In this document: positions 20,710-29,827 of the stretch, piece by piece
How the letters are laid out: each line of letters opens with the position of its first letter
Position numbering within the stretch: position 1 is the stretch's first letter
Assembly (NCBI RefSeq): GCF_008000775.2
Contig: NZ_CP042905.2
Span: forward strand, 3,420,001-3,452,000
DNA from: Promethearchaeum syntrophicum
GTDB lineage: Archaea > Asgardarchaeota > Lokiarchaeia > Sigyniarchaeales > Promethearchaeaceae
Direction of reading: 5' to 3'
Length of the DNA: 32,000 nucleotides
Made by a program: the position numbers and the translations under genes
Notes under the pieces: model-generated
The model's input: only the letters and a program-made list of their open reading frames with translations
What the model was told of the DNA's origin: nothing
Databases searched by the model: none

Positions 20710-22186
20710 CAGTCTTTAAGGTTATAAATTAACTTTCAAAATATAACCTCCTTCTTTTTTTCTGTAAATATTTTAAATTATAACTCACTGATTGTTCAAT
20801 TAGATTATAGATCCTCCATTCTAATATCTCTAAAAACACAGCTAAAGTTCTCTTTGAGGCTTTAATTCCTGATTTTTCTGCTTCTCTTTTGAAATATTGC
20901 CAATTGTTATAAATTATTGCTCTCATATAGAGCTGAGATAATTGCACATTCGGATAATGATTCCGGAAACTTTTGTGAATATCATTCAACTTACTGAACC
21001 CCGTCTCTTCATTCCATCTTTTTTTATATGCTCGTGAAAGCCATTTAGCCCATCGTGAATGATTTTTCCAAGGTTTGAGAGTTGTAAAGAACCCTGCTAA
21101 CTGTTTTATTGCTTCATCGAACGTTAAAATACCTTGTCTGAATTGGCGCCGTATTTCGGTTGCTAATACATTTTTATGGCCAATAACGACAAAATTCACA
21201 TGAACCGAACTCGGCCATGGTTTTACCTTTTGGGTTTGTGAAAAGTGATAAACTGATACCAATGGACCTATTCCGAGCAAGAAATCTTTGATTTTTCTTT
21301 TAATTCCGGGATATTTCTTCGCGGGAATAAGAACTGGAAGTTTACAGGTTTTAAGATCTTTGATTAAGGCGGCGCGGTAAAATTCTCTATCCATGAGAGA
21401 ATAGGAAAGATTAATTCCCGACCACCTTATCCATTCTACCGAATGAGGGATGTTAAGACAACGATATTTCCCTTTTTGAAGTAAATAGAAATCAGTAAAC
21501 AATGTCATTCCAGATCCGTGAAGTGCATGCCCTTGAAACATGCGACAGAACCGAGTTCCTGGTTTTCGATTGGTTCCAATTTCAAAAAGCGAGTTGGGCT
21601 TGCCATAATATGCATATTCAGTGTTGTCAACTAAGAATCTGAGTTTTGATCCTCCGATACATCTAGCTTTAACCTTCAGTACAACGTTCATTAATAGATT
21701 TCCGAACAACATATTGACTTCTTTTTCAGATAACAATCTGAAAAATTTATCAACATCGGTTTGATGTGGTACTAAGCGCCGTTTACGAACTCCGTCTTGA
21801 AAATTTTTTGGTTTTAACTTGTATTTCTTGAAATATTGGAATATCAGCCATTTATTAAGGCGTTCCGAAGCTCTTTCTATCGGCGTCGAAGTTATTAAAG
21901 CATAAAATTTAACAAACACAAAATCTGCATATGAATAGAGCCTGGGCTTAAATCTTTTCGCGATTCCTAATCGAGTGACCAAACTGTTAACCAAAGATTT
22001 AAATTCTCCGAGGAGAAATATATCTTTAGGGAAAGGAAGGGTTTTCGATCTGGAAATCGAACGACTCCTTGCAATATTCATAGATTATCATATAAATATT
22101 CTCCTTTCCCCTTTATATCTTCTATCGTTTTCATAGATTAGACTTAAGGACGTTTTTTGTCGTCGAGTTTATAACCTTGAAGACTG
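20710..22186. mobile_element. Complete insertion sequence, 1477 bp, 19-bp TIRs (18/19 identical), 6-bp TSD TTTCCT
   Basis: Left TIR CAGTCTTTAAGGTTATAAA (20710-20728); right TIR TTTATAACCTTGAAGACTG (22168-22186) whose reverse complement is CAGTCTTCAAGGTTATAAA; flanked by TTTCCT at 20704-20709 and 22187-22192. Confidence 0.93.
20729..22081 (-). CDS. DDE transposase with IS4-like YREK-type signature, 450 aa
   Basis: RFLVDNTEYAYYG, LMDREFY, and YKKRWNEETGFSKL (Y-x2-R-x3-E) in order; located precisely between the TIRs. Confidence 0.85.
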   Translation of the reverse strand: MNIARSRSISRSKTLPFPKDIFLLGEFKSLVNSLVTRLGIAKRFKPRLYSYADFVFVKFYALITSTPIERASERLNKWLIFQYFKKYKLKPKNFQDGVRKRRLVPHQTDVDKFFRLLSEKEVNMLFGNLLMNVVLKVKARCIGGSKLRFLVDNTEYAYYGKPNSLFEIGTNRKPGTRFCRMFQGHALHGSGMTLFTDFYLLQKGKYRCLNIPHSVEWIRWSGINLSYSLMDREFYRAALIKDLKTCKLPVLIPAKKYPGIKRKIKDFLLGIGPLVSVYHFSQTQKVKPWPSSVHVNFVVIGHKNVLATEIRRQFRQGILTFDEAIKQLAGFFTTLKPWKNHSRWAKWLSRAYKKRWNEETGFSKLNDIHKSFRNHYPNVQLSQLYMRAIIYNNWQYFKREAEKSGIKASKRTLAVFLEILEWRIYNLIEQSVSYNLKYLQKKRRRLYFES

Positions 22187-22200
22187 TTTCCTCATTTTAA

Positions 22201-23052
22201 ATGAAAGTTAGATTAATTAGTCCGAATTTTATTAAATATATAGATATGACTGGAATTTTTAGAAATTCATCATTTTCCATTGAAGATTCAATTCTAACTA
22301 AGGATTTTACTCAAGAAAATTTATCAAAAATTAAGGATAAAATGAGAGAATTATTAAAAAAATCAAAAAGTAATAACAACTCAGTAGCAAAAGCTTTAGA
22401 AAAAATCGCACTGCTCTTAGTAGATGAAAATAAGGATATTAGAAAAATAACAGTTAATTTCTTTGAAGATCTTGATCAAGAACGATTTAAATTGCATACC
22501 ACAGAAGGTAATATTATCGCTCTTCTACCAGAATACCTTAAATCAAAGGTTCTTGAAGAACTCTTAAAAAAAGTACCTAATGGAGATAACAAATATAAGA
22601 TATTTGGAATATTTTGGTTAGGAATACTTGTATTTAAACCTGCTTTTCCATTTTTATTAAAATCACTCTCAGATCCCCATAAAAGAGTTGTTCGATCAGC
22701 AATTGTAGCATTGGGGATTTTCGGAGATACAAATGCAATTGATAAATTAACCCCATTTATATATGAGACCAAATTTATTCAAATTAGAAATAAAGCAATA
22801 GAATCAATCGGATCACTTGGAAACGATGGCCTCCAAGCATTAATACACCAACTTTATTTAAAGGGAGATGTGAATCCACCATTTTTAGAAACTCACATTA
22901 TGACCTTTGGAGGTCGTATAATGAACTTGCTTTCAATGGAAATAGAAATTGAATTGGATCCTCGGCGTAAAAAACTATTAATGAAATTTTTAAGAAAAGT
23001 TAGCGAGCATTATCAAGTAGAAATATCCCAAAATTTTAAGATTCTTCTTTAA
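22201..23052 (+). CDS. HEAT-like repeat protein, 283 aa
   Basis: Repeated helical pairs such as FLLKSLSDPHKRVVRSAIVALGIFGDTNAIDKLTPFIYETKFIQIRNKAIESIGSLG. Confidence 0.65.
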   Translation: MKVRLISPNFIKYIDMTGIFRNSSFSIEDSILTKDFTQENLSKIKDKMRELLKKSKSNNNSVAKALEKIALLLVDENKDIRKITVNFFEDLDQERFKLHTTEGNIIALLPEYLKSKVLEELLKKVPNGDNKYKIFGIFWLGILVFKPAFPFLLKSLSDPHKRVVRSAIVALGIFGDTNAIDKLTPFIYETKFIQIRNKAIESIGSLGNDGLQALIHQLYLKGDVNPPFLETHIMTFGGRIMNLLSMEIEIELDPRRKKLLMKFLRKVSEHYQVEISQNFKILL

Positions 23053-23054
23053 TT

Positions 23055-24206
23055 TTGCTTAAATCTAAAATGCTTAAACCTAAAATTGGTAAAGAAATTT
23101 ATTTTTTCTTCTTTGCTATAGTTTGTTTTATTATTGGATTCGTGATTTTTTCTTTTAGGAAATATAATTCTCTGTTTTTTATTATATGTTCTCAAATTTA
23201 TTTCATCATATTTGGATCAATTAATCTTCTTTACACTATCAAGTCGCGCAATTCCCATTTGAAAAAGAAGATTAAAGGATTTTTAATAAATGAAATCTTG
23301 GTTGCGGTTGGATATTATATTTTAGCAATTATATACCCTTTTCTTTTCAATTTTGTAGAGAATACTTCTATTGAACAAATGTTGTATTTCCATTTATGGG
23401 ATTCATTAACCGTACACTTTTTTTGTTGGAAAATTTATCTCTATTTTGCAAAAAGAAACAATAGAAAATATAAAAGAGAAATGAATTACGTACAATGGAA
23501 AGAGCATTTCTTGGATAAATATTCGGAAATGGGCGAGTTTAAAAAGGATACAAAAAGAAAACTTGCACATTTCTACCCTGCTATAATAATTATTGGATGT
23601 TATTTTTTAGGAGAGGTTTTGGAGTCCTTTACAATCATATATGGAATTGATTCTCAATCTTTTAGTAAATATTGGCAACTTGCAATCGCTATTCATTTCT
23701 TATGGATGATTAATATTGCTGATCTATTTCGGCTAAACAAATTTGAGAAACTGGGAAAATTTGCTACTCGCTGGTTTGATAATTCGCTTCGTCCGACTGA
23801 ATTGGATACTTTTGCTCAAGGTTCAATTATGATATTATCATGGATTCCATTTTTCCTAGCGGATATTCAAATTTTATTAGCAATAGTCCTAATTAGTTCG
23901 ATTAGTGATGGAATAACGAGCATTATTGGTATAAAATTTGGTAAAACAATAATAAGAGGAACAACAAAGAAATTGGAAGGAACAATTGCGGGAACAATTA
24001 CAACTTATTTAATCGTAATTTTCATAAACTTATTTTTACCATTTCAAGGATTAATAAATCTCGAACTTCAGATAATCGCGTTATCTGCAGCAATTGGTTT
24101 TGCTTTAGTGGACATCTTTAGTAGAAAAATCACTGATAACTTCTTAAACCCCATAGTCACGGGCTCAATACTTTGGATCTTGCTTTTGATATTTCAGTCT
24201 TTTTAA
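23055..24206 (+). CDS. Membrane CTP-dependent diacylglycerol/polyprenol kinase-like protein, 383 aa
   Basis: Many TM segments; C-terminal motif ISSISDGITSIIGIKFGKTIIRGTTKKLEGTIAGT resembles the DGK1/SEC59/CTP-transferase signature. Starts 2 nt after the preceding gene. Confidence 0.65.
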   Translation: MLKSKMLKPKIGKEIYFFFFAIVCFIIGFVIFSFRKYNSLFFIICSQIYFIIFGSINLLYTIKSRNSHLKKKIKGFLINEILVAVGYYILAIIYPFLFNFVENTSIEQMLYFHLWDSLTVHFFCWKIYLYFAKRNNRKYKREMNYVQWKEHFLDKYSEMGEFKKDTKRKLAHFYPAIIIIGCYFLGEVLESFTIIYGIDSQSFSKYWQLAIAIHFLWMINIADLFRLNKFEKLGKFATRWFDNSLRPTELDTFAQGSIMILSWIPFFLADIQILLAIVLISSISDGITSIIGIKFGKTIIRGTTKKLEGTIAGTITTYLIVIFINLFLPFQGLINLELQIIALSAAIGFALVDIFSRKITDNFLNPIVTGSILWILLLIFQSF

Positions 24207-24968
24207 TAATTTTTTAGCAGCAATTTTTTCAGATTGTTTTATAGTTGAAGCTTCTCCTTTAGCAGATATAATAGAATGAGAAGATAATTGAATAGAATAT
24301 TGAGATGTAAAAACTTTTTTATGAGGAGGACCCATTTCACTTATTAATTTTAAAGTGCTGCTTGGTAGTTTATTTTTTAAAATATATTCACTTAATTGAT
24401 TTTTTGGATTGTTTTGATTTTTATTTGTCAAATTTGGTACATAATCTCGATTTTTCATATCTTTGAGAATGTCATGGAATAAAAATTCAAATGATTGTTT
24501 ACAAAAATCATAAGAATTAAATCCGATTTCCTGATTATATTTAAAAATAGAACCAAAAATTGCTTCTATTGCATCTGCAAGTTGTTTATCATGAATAGAT
24601 ACACCTTCTCCTTTTAAAATAAGGGAATTTAGTCCAATTTTTTTACCCAATTTACCCAAAACCGAATTCGAGACAATTTCACTTCGTAATTGAGTATAAG
24701 TCCCTTCATTACCTTGAAAATGATCATATAACCAATCAAATGAAAGCAGATCTAAAACACTATCCCCCAATGCTTCTAACCTTTCATTAGATGGAGTAAC
24801 AGGATTAATTATATGATAAGAATCATGAGTAGTGGCAATATTTAGCCATTCTACTGTGATGGGTAGTTTATATTTTTCAATAAATTCTACTAATTGTTCC
24901 TTTCTACGGAGTTTCATTTGAGAACCTCTTTTAATTAACACTATATACTTTAAATTTGAGATGCCCAT
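24165..24968 (-). CDS. rnc: Ribonuclease III with C-terminal dsRNA-binding domain
   Basis: NERLEALGDSVLDLLSFDWLYDHFQGNEGTYTQLRSEIVSNSVLGKLGKKIGL, second acidic site QLADAIEAIFGSIF, then NPKNQLSEYILKNKL...GPPHKKVFTSQYSIQ...ASTIKQSEKIAAKKLLKRL dsRBD. Probable start is the internal MKLRRKEQ. Confidence 0.93.
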   Translation of the reverse strand: MGISNLKYIVLIKRGSQMKLRRKEQLVEFIEKYKLPITVEWLNIATTHDSYHIINPVTPSNERLEALGDSVLDLLSFDWLYDHFQGNEGTYTQLRSEIVSNSVLGKLGKKIGLNSLILKGEGVSIHDKQLADAIEAIFGSIFKYNQEIGFNSYDFCKQSFEFLFHDILKDMKNRDYVPNLTNKNQNNPKNQLSEYILKNKLPSSTLKLISEMGPPHKKVFTSQYSIQLSSHSIISAKGEASTIKQSEKIAAKKLLKRLKYQKQDPKY

Positions 24969-25240
24969 TATATTTATTTAAATTGAATTTTATAAGTGTA
25001 AAGGATAAAAAATGAATCTATTTTATAAAAAAAACGATCAAAAATATGAGGAAGCTACATTCGGGGTTTCTGAATTTGACATTATGTCATATTGGATAAT
25101 TATTAGAAAAAATTTTGAATTAAAATGCTGAATTTCATGAGAATGGATTTATACAAAAAATTTTTTTAAAGGATCTGGAAATATTTTAAAAAATTCAATG
25201 GGCGAAATTGGTTATTCAGAAGTATGAAATTAGTGTTTAA

Positions 25241-25498
25241 GTTGAAGAAATTTTAGCTACAAGAGATGAACAGATACCATGGATTATAACGGGAACACCT
25301 AAAACAACTGATAATAGTGATCTTTATGTATTTTTATGGGATGCATTTAATCCATACGACCCGCTAAATGATGATACAAAAGAGTGGTTTTCAAGATATT
25401 GGACGATTCAAGTATCCCAGACAGGAATTAACAAAATTCTCCCAAAATATGTTTTATTTGAATTTGATGAAGAATTATCTGCAGTTAAAAAAGAGTAA
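25241..25498 (+). pseudogene. Start-less coding-like remnant (86 codons including the stop)
   Basis: Open frame VEEILATRDEQIPWIITGTPKTTDNSDLYVFLWDAFNPYDPLNDDTKEWFSRYWTIQVSQTGINKILPKYVLFEFDEELSAVKKE* follows an in-frame TAA with no ATG/GTG/TTG start. Confidence 0.35.
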
Positions 25499-25509
25499 AC
25501 AGAAAATTA

Positions 25510-26073
25510 TTATTTTTTATCAAAAATATAAGCGTTAATCAATCCACCCTTCTTAATTGTAACATTAAGGGATAAATCTCCCATAAATTCAACCGGATTA
25601 GTTGCATTTGGATGACCAGGATAACTTTTTCTTATTTTTTCTATACCCTCTTCAGTAAATTCAAAAATTACAATTTTTCCATAGGGTTTTGGTTTTATTA
25701 TGCGGATCATTTCTGAAAATGCTTTGAATTTATCTGAAAAATGATGGAAAGATCCATTAGCAAAAATTGCATCGAAATAACTATCTTCAAATGGTAAATT
25801 TTCAGCTTGAAAATTCTTAAAAGTAATTTTATCAAACACATTAATTTTTCGTGCATATGTTTGCCAATCTGCCCAATTGTGGCTTTCAGGTTCCCCGGTA
25901 ATTATTTTAAATCCTGAAAGTGCTAAAATGAATGCCATTTTTCCTCTACCTGTTCCAATATCTAAAATTAAAGAATCTGGCTCAAAATTAAGGTTTTTAA
26001 TTACATTTAACATAAAATCGAGATTCTCAGAAAATTTTTCTCCTAATATTCCGATTTTTTTTTTTAAACTCAA
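25510..26073 (-). CDS. Class I SAM-dependent methyltransferase
   Basis: Motif I LILDIGTGRGKMAF, acidic motif II region GEPE, post-I FEDSYFDAIFANGSFHHF. Confidence 0.85.
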   Translation of the reverse strand: MSLKKKIGILGEKFSENLDFMLNVIKNLNFEPDSLILDIGTGRGKMAFILALSGFKIITGEPESHNWADWQTYARKINVFDKITFKNFQAENLPFEDSYFDAIFANGSFHHFSDKFKAFSEMIRIIKPKPYGKIVIFEFTEEGIEKIRKSYPGHPNATNPVEFMGDLSLNVTIKKGGLINAYIFDKK

Positions 26074-26163
26074 ATAATATCAAATATTTTATATTTTTGC
26101 GTCAATAATAAGATTAAGAATCCGAATTATAGGATTTTTTAAAATTATTGAGGATAAAATAAA

Positions 26164-27177
26164 TTGATATTGGATGTAGTTTGGGGGTGGATTCCATTTT
26201 CTCTTGCGGTATGGTCGGGATTCTTTTTAGGACTTCTTCATACACTAATGCCTTGTGAAGATAAATTTATCTTCTGTTTTTATGCTTTTGGAGTTAGTAG
26301 AGACTGGAAACAAGCATTTCGAATTGTAAACTTCTATGGATTTGGTTTATTCCTAACAAACCTTATAATTGGAGCGATTTTATCATATATTTCTTCAATT
26401 TTAGGACAGACATTACTGGAAAATCTTGAGGAGTATAGATTTTTAATAAATGCGCTTTCTGGAATATTTTTAATAATAAGTGGATTAATCATGCTTTTTC
26501 AAGTATTGAAAAAAAAATATTGGCCCCATAGCGATCAACTTCAAGAATTGATTGAAAATTTACCAACATTACGCTCAAGGAAGCGAACGGGATTTCTTTT
26601 AGGTGTTTTAGCAGGGATTCCACCTTGCATTTTCGAAATAGGAGTATATACTTATGCTTCTTTAACATCAGCAACCAATGGGTGGGGTAATGGAGTCTGG
26701 ATTGTATTCTTTTTTGGAATTGGGACTTGGTTGGGATTAATTCCATTGGCGATTCTCGGTACAATGAGTGGTAAACTTTCAAAAGTTATGCAAAAATCAT
26801 CTATGGCTCGGTTTCATTTTAAAATTTCGCGCAATAAAAAGAAAAAAAAGGATGAATCACATGAAACTGAAGCAATTGAGAGCAATACCACTGATTCGGA
26901 ACAAACTAAAAGTTCATTTAATTTAGAAATCATTAGTGCAGGATTTATGATTGTAATAGGTATTATTTTTCTAATTTTTGCGATTTTAAACATTAATATT
27001 ATTCCATTAGAGGAGGTTCCACGTACAACTTGGCCTTTCAATGAAGATAATGTGCACTATTTTTGGATTGGATCCTTAATTTTATTTATTCTTGGTATTT
27101 TAACCTATGTTTTTACAAATCAAGTTAAAAAATCGAAATTTAGAGAGGAAGAAAAATTCCTTGAAACAATTAAGTAA
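26164..27177 (+). CDS. Multi-TM membrane protein, NicO/TauE-like (metal or sulfite transporter-like)
   Basis: Seven or so TM segments; SGFFLGLLHTLMPCEDKFIFCFYAFG resembles the NicO/UreH-type histidine motif. Confidence 0.5.
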   Translation: MILDVVWGWIPFSLAVWSGFFLGLLHTLMPCEDKFIFCFYAFGVSRDWKQAFRIVNFYGFGLFLTNLIIGAILSYISSILGQTLLENLEEYRFLINALSGIFLIISGLIMLFQVLKKKYWPHSDQLQELIENLPTLRSRKRTGFLLGVLAGIPPCIFEIGVYTYASLTSATNGWGNGVWIVFFFGIGTWLGLIPLAILGTMSGKLSKVMQKSSMARFHFKISRNKKKKKDESHETEAIESNTTDSEQTKSSFNLEIISAGFMIVIGIIFLIFAILNINIIPLEEVPRTTWPFNEDNVHYFWIGSLILFILGILTYVFTNQVKKSKFREEEKFLETIK

Positions 27178-27179
27178 AA

Positions 27180-28106
27180 TTAAATAGGAAAGATTTTCAT
27201 ATTTTTTTTTAATTTTCTCATCCCTTCAGAATAAATATCCATTCTATTATAGTTTAAACCAAATTGAAAATAAGGAACACAGGTGCGGGAATATAGGAAT
27301 TTCATTCTATTAAAAAAATTTTCTTCCTTAATCCCCTTATAGTTGTCTAAAATATGTTTTAGAAAAATTTTTCCTTCATCGTAAAAAAGGAAATCAGCAG
27401 CTGGATCAAAAATACTTGATTCTTCAAAATCTATGATTCCAGTAATGTTGTAACTCTTGGGGTCAACTAGAATATTCGACGTATCGAAATCTCCATGAAT
27501 GACACAAGGAGTAAATTCAAAATTCTGATTATCTTCTAAAAAATCTGAGAATACATTGTCTAACCAATTTTTTTGCTTAGAGTTTAATTTAGGAATTATA
27601 TCTTTTCTCATTTCCTTATTTATTTTCATCCAATAATTACGATATTCTTTTATGGATAATGGTTTTAATTCTGAAGATTCGTCTAATCTTAATGAATGTA
27701 ATTCTGATAAAAAATGAGCAATTTGATTTGCTACTTTTTGCTTCTGAGTTTTATTTAATTCATTAAAACATTTAGATAACGAAACACCAGGAATTTTCTC
27801 GTAAACCATGAATGGATTTTCTGTATTCAATGAAAAATGAAGAGGTTTTGGAATTTTAAATGATAAGAAAGATCGTAAGAGATTTAAAATATCAATTTCA
27901 TTTTTAATTAATTGCGATCCTTTCTCATTTCTTAGAGATTTATCAGGAAAGCGCGCTATGAAGCGATTTTCCACTTGAAAAACATTATACGTCCCATGGT
28001 AGAAAAAGTGAATGTTTTTCTTTAAAAGATCAGGAAAAAACTCCGTAAGAGCAGAATATACTGTTGAAAGTGATATATCTGAAGGAATATTATCTTCAAA
28101 ACCCAT
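27180..28106 (-). CDS. Aminoglycoside phosphotransferase-like (APH) kinase family protein
   Basis: CVIHGDFDTSNILVD catalytic loop, GIIDFEESSIFDPAADF metal-binding motif, FMVYEKIPG hinge. Confidence 0.87.
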   Translation of the reverse strand: MGFEDNIPSDISLSTVYSALTEFFPDLLKKNIHFFYHGTYNVFQVENRFIARFPDKSLRNEKGSQLIKNEIDILNLLRSFLSFKIPKPLHFSLNTENPFMVYEKIPGVSLSKCFNELNKTQKQKVANQIAHFLSELHSLRLDESSELKPLSIKEYRNYWMKINKEMRKDIIPKLNSKQKNWLDNVFSDFLEDNQNFEFTPCVIHGDFDTSNILVDPKSYNITGIIDFEESSIFDPAADFLFYDEGKIFLKHILDNYKGIKEENFFNRMKFLYSRTCVPYFQFGLNYNRMDIYSEGMRKLKKNMKIFPI

Positions 28107-28158
28107 TAATTAAAATTTTCTTTTCTTCATATATTAATTAACACTTCAAAATTTTAAT

Positions 28159-28929
28159 GTGATTTCTGGATTATTAAAATTTGTTAATGGGCGAAGGATG
28201 AATAGCATGGGACTAAGAGATATAGAAGACAGAGCAAAAATGCGAGAATTAATGAAAAAAAAAGCAGCAGAATTACGCATGCATAGGCTTGAAACCGAAA
28301 CTGCGATCACAAAAATGACGAAAGAAAAATTAGCAGATATTGCCAAGAAACACGGAGTTATCCTTGCTCTAGATCCTGATATGAAAGATGTAGTTGAAGA
28401 AATCCGTAAAAAATATAATATTCCTAAAGAACGAATAATTAGAGAACAAATCACTGAAGGAGATGTTCTAAAGAGTGGAAGAAAAATCATATATAAAAAT
28501 TTAGCAATGTTCACTTACCAACGCATAATGTTGGAAAAAACTGAAACTGGGGGGTTACTTACTTTACCTGATGTCTTTGATAGGGTAAATACGGGAATTT
28601 TAAAGAATAGGATTACAATTGGCGATGTTGAAAGAGCAGTTAAGATTCTAAAAAAAGATAATGTAATCCCTGAAATTAATAGATTACCGAGTGGAGTTTT
28701 AGCCATTTCATTTTTCCCAGTTCAATATACCCAGGATCAAACTTCTATCTTAGAAATTGTGAAGAATGATGGTGTTATCAATACAGGCGATGTTTGTAAA
28801 GCTTTAAATTGGACCGTTGATCGTGCGGAAAGAGCTCTCCAGAACTTAGTAGATACGCGCGTTGCAAGGATTACAGAAACCTTTAGAACAGGTAAACAAT
28901 ATTTCTTCCCAAGTTTAAAAATAAATTGA
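28159..28929 (+). CDS. vps22: ESCRT-II Vps22/SNF8-like (EAP30 domain) protein
   Basis: N-terminal basic helix RAKMRELMKKKAAELR; tandem winged helices GGLLTLPDVFDRVN...DVERAVKILKKDNVIPEI...SILEIVKNDGVINTGDVCKALNWTVDRAERALQNLVDTRVARITE...GKQYFFPSL closely follow the SNF8/EAP30 pattern. The start may be the downstream ATG at 28198. Confidence 0.85.
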   Translation: MISGLLKFVNGRRMNSMGLRDIEDRAKMRELMKKKAAELRMHRLETETAITKMTKEKLADIAKKHGVILALDPDMKDVVEEIRKKYNIPKERIIREQITEGDVLKSGRKIIYKNLAMFTYQRIMLEKTETGGLLTLPDVFDRVNTGILKNRITIGDVERAVKILKKDNVIPEINRLPSGVLAISFFPVQYTQDQTSILEIVKNDGVINTGDVCKALNWTVDRAERALQNLVDTRVARITETFRTGKQYFFPSLKIN

Positions 28930-28948
28930 GTGAAAAAAGCGATACAAT

Positions 28949-29533
28949 CTATGAAAACTTAAATTTAATACCAAATTGGTCTTTATCAATTTCAACCATA
29001 TCTGCTTTTCCTTGTTTTTCAATTTTTTTGAAAATTTCTCTGAGATCTTCAACTGGTAATGCCGCAAATTCTTGATCTGAATTTCGAATATCCGGAATCA
29101 TGATAACATCAAAAATAGCATGATCTTGAGCCCATTTCTCTATTACCGAAACCCATTCTTCAATAGATTTCCAGTAGACTCGTAATGCTTCCTTTTTCTT
29201 AATCCATTTTCCTAAATTTTTTTCAACCAAACCCTCTGCGAGTTCATTAATTGCATTTTTTCGATCAATAAATTTATTAAACGGTTTCTCAGTTAGAAGC
29301 CTTTTGAGAAAGATAATATGAAATGTCCCAACTTTCGCATAATCGAGTAGAACTTGAGACCATTCATCTCTCCAAGACATATAATCGTCTTTATTTTTCT
29401 TTTTATTTGGGACCGAATACATAAATCCATATTGAGGTAATTCAATCCATTCATGTAATTCAATTAGTTTTTCATAAGGTGATTTTTCGGCAATTAACGT
29501 TTCAGAAGCAACTTCTTCTTCTAATGCTATCAT
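28949..29533 (-). CDS. vps25: ESCRT-II Vps25-like protein (N-terminus uncertain; open frame continues to about 29785)
   Basis: [14 protein letters not shown] near the N-terminus; [75 protein letters not shown] matches the Vps25 C-terminal wHTH pattern. Confidence 0.87.
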
Positions 29534-29789
29534 GTCTTTTTCTATTTCTACATCACTAATTGAAATCTCAAAAACTTTTTCACCCTTTGTAGCACTTGAA
29601 ATTCCCTTATCGATCGATGACTCTAAGGTTTCTAAACCATCCTCCGATTCTTGTGTTTCAATAGAACTTAATTGCGATTCTAATTCTTCTAATCTTTTAA
29701 GCTTCTCTAATTTTTTTTGCTTATCCTTTTCTTTCTGTTTTAAGATTTCCGAATCTTTATCTCTTACTTTTTCCGCGATTTCTCTTCAC

Positions 29790-29810
29790 CTGTCATCTGT
29801 CATCTGTGAT
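29790..29810. repeat. 7-bp tandem repeat (CTGTCAT)2-CTGTGAT at the putative vps25 start region
   Basis: Direct read: ctgtcat ctgtcat ctgtgat. Confidence 0.9.
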
Positions 29811-29827
29811 TTTTTAATGGCAATTAC

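Noticed and set aside
28146-28706. Minus-strand ORFs 28146..28514 and 28515..28706
   Set aside because: Entirely antisense to the Vps22-like gene; low-complexity shadow translations.
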